Below, one piece after another: positions 30,132 through 38,768 of a stretch of DNA of 64,000 bases. The DNA comes from Actinomycetes bacterium (GTDB lineage: Bacteria; Actinomycetota; Thermoleophilia; Gaiellales; Gaiellaceae): positions 576-64,575 of the forward strand of contig JANMQZ010000093.1 in the NCBI GenBank assembly GCA_031370755.1. The letters are read 5' to 3'. Below the pieces are notes generated by a model. The model worked only from the letters and a program-made list of their open reading frames with translations. It did not search any database and was not told the DNA's origin. The position numbers were made by a program, and so were the translations under genes. Within the stretch, counting starts at the first letter, position 1; every line of letters begins with the position of its first letter.

Positions 30132-30197
30132 GCTCTTAGAATTGCGCGCCCACGGCATCGCACCTGGGAGACGTGGTTGCGGGAGACAGTGCGTAGC

Positions 30198-31079
30198 ATG
30201 GCGCCCGTGACCGCCTCGGCGCCGACGATCGCACCGCTGCCTGCCCGGTTTGCGCGGCTCGTGAAGATCGAGCACACCGTCTTCGCGCTGCCGTTCGCGT
30301 ACGTCGGGGCGTTCCTTGCCGTCGGCGGCAGTCCGTCCGCACACGATCTCGTCTGGATCACGCTCGCGATGGTCGGCGCGCGCTCGCTCGCGATGGCGCT
30401 GAACCGGTTGATCGACGCACGCGTCGACGCGCGCAACCCGCGCACCGCGGGCCGCGAGCTGCCGAGCGGGCAACTTTCCGCCGTCCAGGTCGCGCTCTTC
30501 TCCGCCGCGTCGCTCGCGCTGTTCCTCGTCGCCGTGTGGCAGCTCGCGCCGAAGACGCACTGGCTCTGGCCGATTCCCGTCGCCGGCTTCGTCATCTACC
30601 CGTACCTCAAGCGCTTCACGTGGCTTTGCCACTTCTGGCTCGGCGCGGTCGACGGTCTCGCACCGGTCGGCGCGTGGGTCGCGATCACGAACCATCTGCC
30701 CTGGGAAGCGTGGCTCCTCGGCGCGGCGGTCGCGCTCTGGGTCGCAGGCTTCGACCTGTTCTACGCGCTCTTCGACGTCGAGATCGATCGCGCGCAAGGC
30801 CTGCACTCGATCGTCACGCGCTTCGGCGTGCGCGGCGCGTTCGTCGGTGCGCGCATCTCACATGCAGCGACGGTTGCGTGTCTCGTCGCCGCTGGGCTAG
30901 GCCTGTCGGTCGGCGCGCTCTACTGGCTCGGCGTCGCGGTGGTCGCGGCGCTGCTTCTGTACGAGCACACGCTTGTGCGCGCGAACGACCTGAGTCGCCT
31001 CGATGCGGCGTTCTTCACGATGAACGGCGTCATCAGCGTTGCGTTCGCCGTGTTCGTGATCGCCGACGCCGTCAGCTGA
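30198..31079 (+). CDS. UbiA family aromatic prenyltransferase (4-hydroxybenzoate polyprenyltransferase-like)
   Basis: RLVKIEHTVFALPFAYVGAFL, NRLIDARVDARNPRTAGRELPSG (first Asp-rich motif), DLFYALFDVEIDRAQG (second). ATG 30198 is preferred over TTG 30087. Confidence 0.85.
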   Translation: MAPVTASAPTIAPLPARFARLVKIEHTVFALPFAYVGAFLAVGGSPSAHDLVWITLAMVGARSLAMALNRLIDARVDARNPRTAGRELPSGQLSAVQVALFSAASLALFLVAVWQLAPKTHWLWPIPVAGFVIYPYLKRFTWLCHFWLGAVDGLAPVGAWVAITNHLPWEAWLLGAAVALWVAGFDLFYALFDVEIDRAQGLHSIVTRFGVRGAFVGARISHAATVACLVAAGLGLSVGALYWLGVAVVAALLLYEHTLVRANDLSRLDAAFFTMNGVISVAFAVFVIADAVS

Positions 31080-32124
31080 CGAGCACGCGAACGCGCTGCG
31101 GCGCGTTGTTGCAGTAGCCGCCGGTGTTCCACTCGACGCTCTCCGGCTGGCCGTTGCCCGCCGCATCGGTGGCGCGGCACTGAAGCTCGTGCTCGCCCGG
31201 CGTCGCGTCCCACGCGAACGTCCAGCCGCGCCACGCAAACTCCGCCGCCTCGTCGCCGAGCTCGGCATCCGCCCACGCCGCGCCGCCGTCGGTGCTCACC
31301 TCGACGCGCACGATCGGCCCGAAGCCGGACCACCCGCGCCCCACGAGCACGCACGGGCCCGCCGCGAGGGTGCGGCTGCGATCGAAGAAGTCAGGGATGC
31401 CCGGCGGCGCGAAGAGCGACCGCGGCAGCATCCGCGTCACCGGCTCGCCGGGGTCGTCCTCGGAACGATGGAGGCGGTACGCCTCCGTCTGTTGCCAGCC
31501 CGTGAACGGCTCCGAGACGACCGTGATCGCACGCAGCCACTTGACGTGCGTCATCCCGTACCACCCGGGCACGATCACGCGCAGCGGATAGCCGTGCTGC
31601 GCCGGCAGTGGCTCCCCGTTCATCGTGTACGCGAGCAGCACCTCGTCGCGCAGCGCGTCGTCGAGCGAGAGGCTGCGTTCGTAGTCGTGCTCGACGCCGC
31701 CCTGAATGCCGCGGTCGAGCCCAGTGAACACGACCTCGAGCGCACCGGCGGCGATGCCGGCCTCCTCGAGGATCGGCGCAAGCGGCGTTCCCGTCCACTC
31801 CGCCGTCCCAACGGCCTCTGTCAGCCACGGCTGGCTCAGTGCGCGCGGCGGCATGAGCACGCGGCCGTTGCCCGCGCACTCGAGCGTCACGGGCACGGTC
31901 CGCGCCGGCCGCGCGCGCAGGTCGTCGAGCGTGAGCTCGAGCGGCTGCCCGACGAGGCCGCCCACCTGCAGGCGCCACGAGCCCGCGTCGACCACGGGAA
32001 TGTCGAAGTGGATCAGCAGGTAGTGCAGCCCGACCGGCGTAATCCGCTCGCGGAGGCTCTCGAGCGGGAGACCGTGGTTTCGGGCCGCGAGCTGCAGCTC
32101 CTCGAGCGTGATGCCGTCGTCCAT
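31072..32124 (-). CDS. Sulfite oxidase family molybdopterin-binding oxidoreductase
   Basis: TLECAGNGR (Mo-ligand Cys), GYPLRVIVPGWYGMTHVKWL, and a C-terminal dimerisation/Ig-like domain. Confidence 0.88.
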   Translation of the reverse strand: MDDGITLEELQLAARNHGLPLESLRERITPVGLHYLLIHFDIPVVDAGSWRLQVGGLVGQPLELTLDDLRARPARTVPVTLECAGNGRVLMPPRALSQPWLTEAVGTAEWTGTPLAPILEEAGIAAGALEVVFTGLDRGIQGGVEHDYERSLSLDDALRDEVLLAYTMNGEPLPAQHGYPLRVIVPGWYGMTHVKWLRAITVVSEPFTGWQQTEAYRLHRSEDDPGEPVTRMLPRSLFAPPGIPDFFDRSRTLAAGPCVLVGRGWSGFGPIVRVEVSTDGGAAWADAELGDEAAEFAWRGWTFAWDATPGEHELQCRATDAAGNGQPESVEWNTGGYCNNAPQRVRVLVS

Positions 32125-32171
32125 GCGCGTCGCCCGCGATGCTACTCGTTGACTCCTCCTAGACTGAGCCG

Positions 32172-32756
32172 GTGATCGAAGCTCGAAAGCTGGGCCGCCG
32201 CTTCGGCGAGAAGCGCGTGCTGCGCGACGTCGACCTCGAGCTGCCCCGCGGCGGCTTCGCCGTCGTCACCGGCCCGAACGGGTCCGGCAAGACAACGCTG
32301 CTCCGCCTGTGCGCCGGCCTGCTGGTGCCGACCGAGGGCGAGCTGCGCGTGAGCGCGCCCCGTGCAGAAATCGGGTACCTCGGCCACGAGCCGCTCGTCT
32401 ACCGCGAGCTCTCGGCACTCGAGAACCTCGATCTCTACGGCCGCCTCTATCGCGTCGTCGAACGGCGCGAGCGCATCGGCATGCTGCTCGAGCGCTACGG
32501 GCTGTGGGACGTGCGCCACGATCGCGTCGCCTCGTACTCCCGCGGCATGACGCAGCGTCTCGCCCTCTGCCGCGTGCTCCTGCACGACCCCGCGCTTCTC
32601 GTTCTCGACGAGCCGTACACCGCACTCGACGCTCAGGGAGCCGAGCTGCTCGACGCTCAGCTCGCCGAGCTGCTCCACGAGCGGACGTTCCTCGTCTCCA
32701 CCCACGACCCCGCGCGCATCGCGCCCCTCGCGACGGGGACACTCGCGCTCGCATGA
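32172..32756 (+). CDS. ccmA: Heme exporter ATP-binding protein CcmA-like
   Basis: GPNGSGKTTLLR, YSRGMTQRLALCR, LLVLDEP. Followed by ccmB and ccmC. Confidence 0.85.
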   Translation: MIEARKLGRRFGEKRVLRDVDLELPRGGFAVVTGPNGSGKTTLLRLCAGLLVPTEGELRVSAPRAEIGYLGHEPLVYRELSALENLDLYGRLYRVVERRERIGMLLERYGLWDVRHDRVASYSRGMTQRLALCRVLLHDPALLVLDEPYTALDAQGAELLDAQLAELLHERTFLVSTHDPARIAPLATGTLALA

Positions 32757-33391
32757 ACTACGCCGCCGACGTGCGCGCGCTCGCGCGGAAAGACCTGCTC
32801 CTCGAGTTGCGCGCCCGCGACACGCTGCCGGCGATGCTCCTCTTCGTCGTCGCGATCTTCGTCGTCTTCCACTTCTCGCTGCCGGACCGCTCGTCGGATC
32901 TCGCCGCGAGCGGGCTGCTCTGGGTCGCGATCGTCTTCACCGCGCTGCTCGGCCTCGGTCGCGCCTTCGTTCCAGAGCGTGAGCAGCGGATGTTCGACGG
33001 GCTCGTGCTCGCCCCGTGCGACCGCAGCGCGATCTGGCTCGCGAAGTCGCTCGCCACGTTCGCATTCCTCGCGCTCGCGGAGCTCGTCGCGCTGCCGGTC
33101 TTCGCCCTCTTCTTCCACGGGATCGACGGCACGACGGTGCTCGCGTTCCTCCTCGCCGACGTCGGCATCTGCACGGTTGGGACGCTCGTCGGCGCGATGG
33201 CCGTCGTCACCCGGGCCCGCGACCTCCTGCTCCCGCTCCTCTTCCTCCCGCTCGCGATCCCGATCCTGATCGGTGGCGTCGGCGCCTCGGTCGTCGCCTC
33301 GCCCGGCCGCTATCTCCTGTTCCTCGCCCTTTACGACGCCCTGTTCGCGGTGCTCTGCTGGGCCTCGTTCGAGTACGTCGTCACCGAGTGA
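32753..33391 (+). CDS. ccmB: Heme exporter protein CcmB
   Basis: ATGA overlap with ccmA. LARKDLLLELRARDTLPAMLLFVVAIFVVF...EREQRMFDGLVLAP. Six TM helices. Confidence 0.85.
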   Translation: MNYAADVRALARKDLLLELRARDTLPAMLLFVVAIFVVFHFSLPDRSSDLAASGLLWVAIVFTALLGLGRAFVPEREQRMFDGLVLAPCDRSAIWLAKSLATFAFLALAELVALPVFALFFHGIDGTTVLAFLLADVGICTVGTLVGAMAVVTRARDLLLPLLFLPLAIPILIGGVGASVVASPGRYLLFLALYDALFAVLCWASFEYVVTE

Positions 33392-34104
33392 TGCCCGCGG
33401 GGGGCACAATGGCCGAGGTGGGCCGGAGCTACCGCATATCCCTGCCCGCGCTCGCCGCGGCCTCGCTCCTCCTCGTCACGACAGCGCTCGTGCTCGTGTT
33501 CTTCGTTGCGCCGACGGACGCCGACCAGGGCTTCTCGCAGCGCATCTTCTATTTCCACGTCTCGATCGCGTTCACGTCGTATCTCTGCTTCGGGCTTGGC
33601 GCCTGGAAGGCGCTCGTCCATCTCTGGAAGCGCGACCCGAACGCCGACCTCGAGAGCTACGTCGGCATTCACCAGGGCGTGATCTTCGGTTCGCTCGTGC
33701 TGATCACGGGCTCGATCTGGGCGCGCATCTCCTGGGGCCACTGGTGGTTGTGGAGCGAGAACCAGCTCGTGCTCTTCCTCGTGCTCTTCCTCTTCTACGC
33801 GGCGTACTTCATGCTTCGCTTCTCGCTCGATGCCGGGCCGCAGCGCGCGAACCTTTGCGCCGTCTACGCGCTCTTCGGCGTCGTCCTGATCCCTGTGAGC
33901 TTCCTGGCGATCCGGCTCGCGCAGCGCTTCATCCATCCGGTGGTCTTCACACGGCACGGCGCCGCGTTCGGCGGCTGGATCATGGTCACGTATCTCGTGT
34001 CTCAGGCGGCGATGATCGTGCTCGCCTACACGCTGTATCGCATCGAGCTGTCAGGCAAGCGTCTCGACGTGCGCCTGCGCGAGCTGCGAAGGGCGTACGC
34101 ATGA
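33391..34104 (+). CDS. ccmC: Heme-handling protein CcmC
   Basis: TGATG overlap. FYFHVSIAF (His), Trp-rich motif WARISWGHWWLWSENQL, RFIHPVV (second His). Confidence 0.85.
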   Translation: MPAGGTMAEVGRSYRISLPALAAASLLLVTTALVLVFFVAPTDADQGFSQRIFYFHVSIAFTSYLCFGLGAWKALVHLWKRDPNADLESYVGIHQGVIFGSLVLITGSIWARISWGHWWLWSENQLVLFLVLFLFYAAYFMLRFSLDAGPQRANLCAVYALFGVVLIPVSFLAIRLAQRFIHPVVFTRHGAAFGGWIMVTYLVSQAAMIVLAYTLYRIELSGKRLDVRLRELRRAYA

Positions 34105-34277
34105 CGAACGCCGAGAAGTACGTCACCGCCGCCTACTGCGTCGTGTTCGCGCTCGTGCTTCTCTACGTCGTGATCATCGCGCTGAAGCTGAAGCGGCTCG
34201 AGCGCGAGGTCGACGAGCTCGCCGGTCGCGCGGAGCGCGAGCCCGACGACGAGCGGGAGCCGGCGCGCGTTGGCTGA
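34101..34277 (+). CDS. CcmD-like small membrane protein (58 aa)
   Basis: ATGA overlap with ccmC. Single TM YVTAAYCVVFALVLLYVVIIAL followed by a charged tail. Position after ccmC. Confidence 0.6.
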   Translation: MTNAEKYVTAAYCVVFALVLLYVVIIALKLKRLEREVDELAGRAEREPDDEREPARVG

Positions 34278-35055
34278 GTTTCTCTTCTGGCCGGCGCTTC
34301 TTTTCTACGGCGAAGCCGCAGTGGGCTATCTCGGCGACGCGCGGCGGCCGGGCTTCGCCGGTCAGGCGGCGACCTGGGGCGTGCGGCTCGGCTGGCTCGC
34401 ACAAACCGCGCTCCTCGGTGTGCAGGCCGCGCGCGAGGACGGCTTCCCGTGGGGCACTTGGGCCGGCTCGCTCAACCTCTTCGTCTGGCTCGTCGTCGGC
34501 GCCTATCTGATCTGGGGGTGCCGCAAGCCCTACCGCCTGCTCGGGCTCGCGGTGATGCCGCTCGCCGCCGCGCTCCTCATCGTGTCGCGCGCCGGGGGCG
34601 GCACGGGCGTCGGGCACCGCAGCCACTACTCGAACCTCTTCCTCGTGCTCCACGTCGGCCTCGTGCTCGTCGCGTTCGCCGGGTTCACGCTCGCGGCGGC
34701 GCTTTCCGCTCTCTATCTCTGGCAGGAACGCAGGCTCAAGCAGCGCGCGACCACGATCCTACGCCGGCCCGCGCCCTCGCTCGCAACCCTCGATCGCCTT
34801 GCGGGTCGCACAGTTGCCGTCTCCGTCCCTGCTCTCACGCTCGGCATCGCGGTCGGCATCGCGCGGCTCTGGAGCGACGGTGAGCGCATCGACGCGCTCG
34901 TCGTCGCGACGCTGGTCACCTGGGTCGTCTGGGCTTCGTATCTCGTGCTGCGCGCGACCGGCGTCAGCGGCCGTCGCTCGGCGTATGTCGCGCTCATCGG
35001 CTTCGCGCTCGTCATCGTCGTCCGTCTCGCGCTCCCGGCGGTTCACTTCAGCTGA
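34270..35055 (+). CDS. Cytochrome c assembly family protein (HemX/CcsA-like, PF01578-type)
   Basis: 261 aa, 8 TM helices, directly upstream of and overlapping hemA. TTG start overlaps the ccmD-like end by 8 nt. Confidence 0.75.
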   Translation: MAEFLFWPALLFYGEAAVGYLGDARRPGFAGQAATWGVRLGWLAQTALLGVQAAREDGFPWGTWAGSLNLFVWLVVGAYLIWGCRKPYRLLGLAVMPLAAALLIVSRAGGGTGVGHRSHYSNLFLVLHVGLVLVAFAGFTLAAALSALYLWQERRLKQRATTILRRPAPSLATLDRLAGRTVAVSVPALTLGIAVGIARLWSDGERIDALVVATLVTWVVWASYLVLRATGVSGRRSAYVALIGFALVIVVRLALPAVHFS

Positions 35056-36278
35056 TGCGTCTCGTTCTCGTCGGCACCTCGCACCATCACGCCCCCGTCG
35101 AGCTTCGCGAGCGCGTTGCGCTCGACATGGAGCACGCCACCGCGCTCGCGCACGAGCTCGGCGAGGCCGTTTGTCTCTCGACGTGCAACCGCACCGAGCT
35201 CTACGTCGCCGCCGAGGACGCCGAGGCTGCCGAAGCGCGCGCGGTCGAAGTCCTCGCTGCGCTCGAGCCGCAGGTCGAGCACGCGCTCTACCGCCTGCAC
35301 GACCAGGCCGCCGCACTGCATCTGTTCCGCGTCGCGGCGGGGCTCGACTCGCTCGTGCCGGGCGAGGGCGAGATCCTGGGGCAGGTGCGTGCCGCGCACG
35401 AGGCCGGGACGCCGGGGCTGCTGCTCGACCGCGTGTTCCGGCAGGCGCTGCACGCCGGTCGCAAGGTCCGCGCGCAGACCGCGATCGGCGAGAGCCCCGC
35501 GTCGGTTGCGTCCGCCGCGGCCGCGCTTGCGGAGCAGGTGTTCGGGGACCTCGACGGCCGCACGATCCTGCTGATCGGTGCCGGCAAGATCAGCGAGCAG
35601 GCCGCACGCAACCTGCTCACTCGTCACGCGCACATTGCGTTCGTCGCGAACCGGACGTCCGCGAACGCGACCGAGCTCGCGGAGCGCTTCGGCGCGAAGG
35701 CGATCCCGCTCGACCGGATCGGCGAGCAGCTCGCCGAAGCGGACGTCGTCGTGTCGTCGACGAGCTCGCCGGGTTACGTGCTCGACGCCGCGACCGTCGA
35801 GCAGGCGCGTCGCGGCCGACAGGTGCTCTTCATCGACCTCGCCGTGCCGCGCGACCTCGACCCGGCGATCCACGACCTCGACGGCTGCTATCTCTACGAC
35901 ATCGACGATCTCGAGGCGATTGTGTCCGAGACGCTTGCCGGCCGCCGCGGTGAGGCCGTGCGCGCCGAGGCGATCGTCGCGACCGAAGCGGAGAAGTTCC
36001 ACGAGTGGCAGGCGTCGCTCGACGTGGTGCCGGCGATCGCCTCGCTGCGCGCGCACGCCGAGGAGATCCGCGAGGCTGAGCTCCGCAAGGCGGAGGGCCT
36101 CCTCGGCCGGCTGGACGACGGCGAAAGGCGTGCGGTGGAGTCGATCACCGCGCAGATCGTGAACAAGCTCCTGCACCTGCCGACCGTCCGCATGAAGCAG
36201 GCGGCCGTGTCGGCCGACGGGGTGATCTATGCTGAAGCGGTGCGACACCTGTTCGGTCTCGGCGAGGACGAACACTGA
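35055..36278 (+). CDS. hemA: Glutamyl-tRNA reductase
   Basis: VLVGTSHHHAPVELRE, STCNRTELY (catalytic Cys), GEGEILGQV, LLIGAGKISE. Confidence 0.95.
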   Translation: MRLVLVGTSHHHAPVELRERVALDMEHATALAHELGEAVCLSTCNRTELYVAAEDAEAAEARAVEVLAALEPQVEHALYRLHDQAAALHLFRVAAGLDSLVPGEGEILGQVRAAHEAGTPGLLLDRVFRQALHAGRKVRAQTAIGESPASVASAAAALAEQVFGDLDGRTILLIGAGKISEQAARNLLTRHAHIAFVANRTSANATELAERFGAKAIPLDRIGEQLAEADVVVSSTSSPGYVLDAATVEQARRGRQVLFIDLAVPRDLDPAIHDLDGCYLYDIDDLEAIVSETLAGRRGEAVRAEAIVATEAEKFHEWQASLDVVPAIASLRAHAEEIREAELRKAEGLLGRLDDGERRAVESITAQIVNKLLHLPTVRMKQAAVSADGVIYAEAVRHLFGLGEDEH

Positions 36279-36392
36279 AGCTCGGCAAGCTGACGGGACG
36301 TCCGCTGCCGTTGCAGGTGCCGACAGCGTTCGTCCGCGTTCGGCCCAGGGGTATCTCTGCGTGCGGGCAACCCGTCCGGCGCCGGTCGCGTT

Positions 36393-37217
36393 GTGCTGAT
36401 CCGCGTCGGCAGCCGCGGTAGCCGGCTCGCGCTGACGCAGGCCGAGCTCGCCGCCGCGCATCTGCGCGCGCCGGGCATCGAGATCGCGCTCGTCCCGATC
36501 ACGACCGCCGGCGACCGCGACCGCTCGAAGCCCTTCGGCGAGATCGGCTCGCGCGGCGTGTTCGTGAAGGAGCTCGAGGAGGCGCTGCTCGAGCACCGGA
36601 TCGACATCGCGGTCCACTCCGCGAAGGACATGACGTCCACCGATCCGGAAGGCCTCGAGGTCGGAGCCTACGTCGCTCGCGACGATCCGCGCGACGCACT
36701 CTGCGGAGCGACGTCGGTGCAGCCCGGCATGCGTATCGGCACGGCGTCCGCGCGCCGCAAGGCGCAGCTCCTCGCGCTCGAGCCGACGCTCTCGATCGAG
36801 CCGCTTCGCGGCAACATCGACACGCGCTTGCGGAAGCGCAGTGAGCGCGGGCTCGACGCGATCGTGCTTGCGGCGTGCGGGCTCGACCGGCTCGGCCTCG
36901 CGCACGAGATCGGGCTCCGCTTCGAACCGGAGCAGCTGTTGCCGGAAGCGGCGCAGGGCGCGCTCGCGCTGCAGGTGCGCGCGGGCGACGCACATCTCGT
37001 CGCGGCCGCGGACCACGAGGAGACACGGCGTTGCGTCGAGGCCGAGCGCGCGGTCATCGCCGCCGTCGGCGGCGGCTGCCTCGCGCCGGTCGCCGCCCAC
37101 CACGACGGCACGACGCTGACCGCGTTGATCGCCGCGGAGGACGGCGCGTGGCTCGAGCGCCGCACCGGGGACGATCCCGTTGCGCTCGGACGCGAGCTCG
37201 CGTCGCTCGAACGGTGA
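36393..37217 (+). CDS. hemC: Hydroxymethylbilane synthase (porphobilinogen deaminase)
   Basis: IRVGSRGSRLALTQ, GVFVKELEEALL, IDIAVHSAKD, RGNIDTRL, GGCLAPVAA. Confidence 0.95.
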   Translation: MLIRVGSRGSRLALTQAELAAAHLRAPGIEIALVPITTAGDRDRSKPFGEIGSRGVFVKELEEALLEHRIDIAVHSAKDMTSTDPEGLEVGAYVARDDPRDALCGATSVQPGMRIGTASARRKAQLLALEPTLSIEPLRGNIDTRLRKRSERGLDAIVLAACGLDRLGLAHEIGLRFEPEQLLPEAAQGALALQVRAGDAHLVAAADHEETRRCVEAERAVIAAVGGGCLAPVAAHHDGTTLTALIAAEDGAWLERRTGDDPVALGRELASLER

Positions 37218-37843
37218 GGATCGTCGTCACACGAGCTGAGGCGCAGGCCGAACCGCTCGCCGCCCGCCTCGAGGCGCTCGGCCACGAGGTTGTGCGCTGC
37301 CCGTTGATCCGAATCGAGCCGCTCGGCGACACGCCGGTCGACCCGACGGGCTACGACTGGGTCGTCGACACGAGCCCGAACGCGGCGGCCGAGCTCGCAC
37401 GCCGCCTCGTCGCACCGCCGGCCCGGATCGCGGCGATCGGCCACGGCACCGCCGACGCGCTCGCCGCGCACGGTCTGCGCGCCGATCTCGTCCCCGAGGT
37501 GTCGACCCAGGAGGGCCTCCTCGCCGAGCTGCCGCCGGGTCGCGTTCTGCTCGCAGCCGCCGAAGGTGCGCGACGGCTGCTCGTCGAGGAGCGCGACGCC
37601 GATTTCATGCCGCTCTATCGCACCGTCGAGCTGCAGCCGCCCGCACCGTTCGGCGATCTCGTGCTGCTCGCATCCCCGTCCGCGGTGCGTGCCTTCGCCG
37701 CGACGGGCGCGCGCATCCCCGCCGTCGCGATCGGGCCGCAAACCGCCGCGGAGGCAGCCGACCGGGGTCTCGAGATCGTGGCAGTCGCAGCCTCGCACGA
37801 CGTCGAAGGCCTGCTCGAAGCCGTAAATTCCGTCTCGCACTGA
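37214..37843 (+). CDS. hemD: Uroporphyrinogen-III synthase
   Basis: GTGA overlap with hemC. 209 aa, RIVVTRAEAQAEPLAARLEALGHEVVRCPLIRIEP. Confidence 0.82.
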   Translation: MRIVVTRAEAQAEPLAARLEALGHEVVRCPLIRIEPLGDTPVDPTGYDWVVDTSPNAAAELARRLVAPPARIAAIGHGTADALAAHGLRADLVPEVSTQEGLLAELPPGRVLLAAAEGARRLLVEERDADFMPLYRTVELQPPAPFGDLVLLASPSAVRAFAATGARIPAVAIGPQTAAEAADRGLEIVAVAASHDVEGLLEAVNSVSH

Positions 37844-38649
37844 TGTTCATCACATTCCTCACCGACTTCGGCCTCGAGGACGACTTCGTCGGCACCTGCC
37901 ACGGCGTGATCAAGCGGATCGCTCCCGACGCGCAGCTGATCGACATCACGCACGGGATCCGCCCGGGGCGGATCCTCCAGGGCGCACTTGCGCTCGCGAA
38001 CGCGCTGCCGTACATGCCGTCGGGAGTGCATCTCGCGATCGTCGACCCGGGGGTCGGCAGCTCGCGTCGTCCGCTCGCGCTCCGCGACGCCGAAGGTCGG
38101 CTCTACGTCGGCCCCGACAACGGGCTGCTTCTTCCCGCAGCCGAGCGCTTCGGCGGCGTCGTCGAGGCATACGAGCTCGCGAACCCCGTGTACGCGCTCG
38201 ACTCCGTGTCGCGCACCTTTCACGGGCGCGATCTCTTCTCCCCGGCCGCGGCGCACCTCGCGCTCGGCGTGGCGCCCGGCGAGCTCGGACCGCCGATCGA
38301 CCAGGACGCCCTCGTCCGGCTCGAGTTGCCGGCGCCGGAGATCGGGGCGTCGCGGATCAGGGCGACGGTGCTCGCGGTCGACCGCTTTGGGAACGTCGCA
38401 CTCAACCTGACCCGCGACCACCTCGACGAGGCCTCGATCGTGCCCGGCATGCGGGTGGAGCTCGCCGCTCGCGGGAACCGGTATTACGCGGTCGCGGCGC
38501 GCACCTTCGCCGACGCGACCGCCGGGGAGCTGATCCTCTACGAGGACAGCTACCGCAACGTCGCCGTGGCTGTCACCCGCGGCAGCGCCGCCTCGCTGCT
38601 CGGGGTCGAGGAGGGCAGCGAGCTCGTGATCGCGATCGACGCGATCTGA
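37843..38649 (+). CDS. SAM hydrolase / SAM-dependent halogenase family protein (DUF62)
   Basis: ITFLTDFGLEDDFVGTCHGVI, VHLAIVDPGVGS, VGPDNGLL, TFHGRDLFSPAAAHL, VDRFGN. Confidence 0.85.
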   Translation: MFITFLTDFGLEDDFVGTCHGVIKRIAPDAQLIDITHGIRPGRILQGALALANALPYMPSGVHLAIVDPGVGSSRRPLALRDAEGRLYVGPDNGLLLPAAERFGGVVEAYELANPVYALDSVSRTFHGRDLFSPAAAHLALGVAPGELGPPIDQDALVRLELPAPEIGASRIRATVLAVDRFGNVALNLTRDHLDEASIVPGMRVELAARGNRYYAVAARTFADATAGELILYEDSYRNVAVAVTRGSAASLLGVEEGSELVIAIDAI

Positions 38650-38712
38650 GCCGAGTTAGTAGTCTCCCGGCAAGGGAGTTCGCGACACGGTAACACCGGT
38701 CCGGACACCTGA

Positions 38713-38757
38713 AGCCCCCGAGGACGCGCAAAGCGAGCTCGGGGGCTCCTTTGTGTT
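38713..38757 (+). terminator. Intrinsic terminator between convergent genes
   Basis: AGCCCCCGAG-N15-CTCGGGGGCT (10 bp GC stem) followed by CCTTTGTGTT. Confidence 0.7.
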
Positions 38758-38768
38758 CAGGCGTTGAG

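Noticed and set aside
30037-30197. Moco riboswitch next to the moaC-mog genes.
   Set aside because: The region lies downstream of mog and upstream of a UbiA-family gene. It shows short DNA palindromes rather than the long multi-stem architecture expected.
36279-36392. Hidden gene or RNA in the 114-nt hemA-hemC gap.
   Set aside because: I could see no ORF with a start and SD, no strong hairpin and no repeat. It is probably a plain intercistronic spacer.
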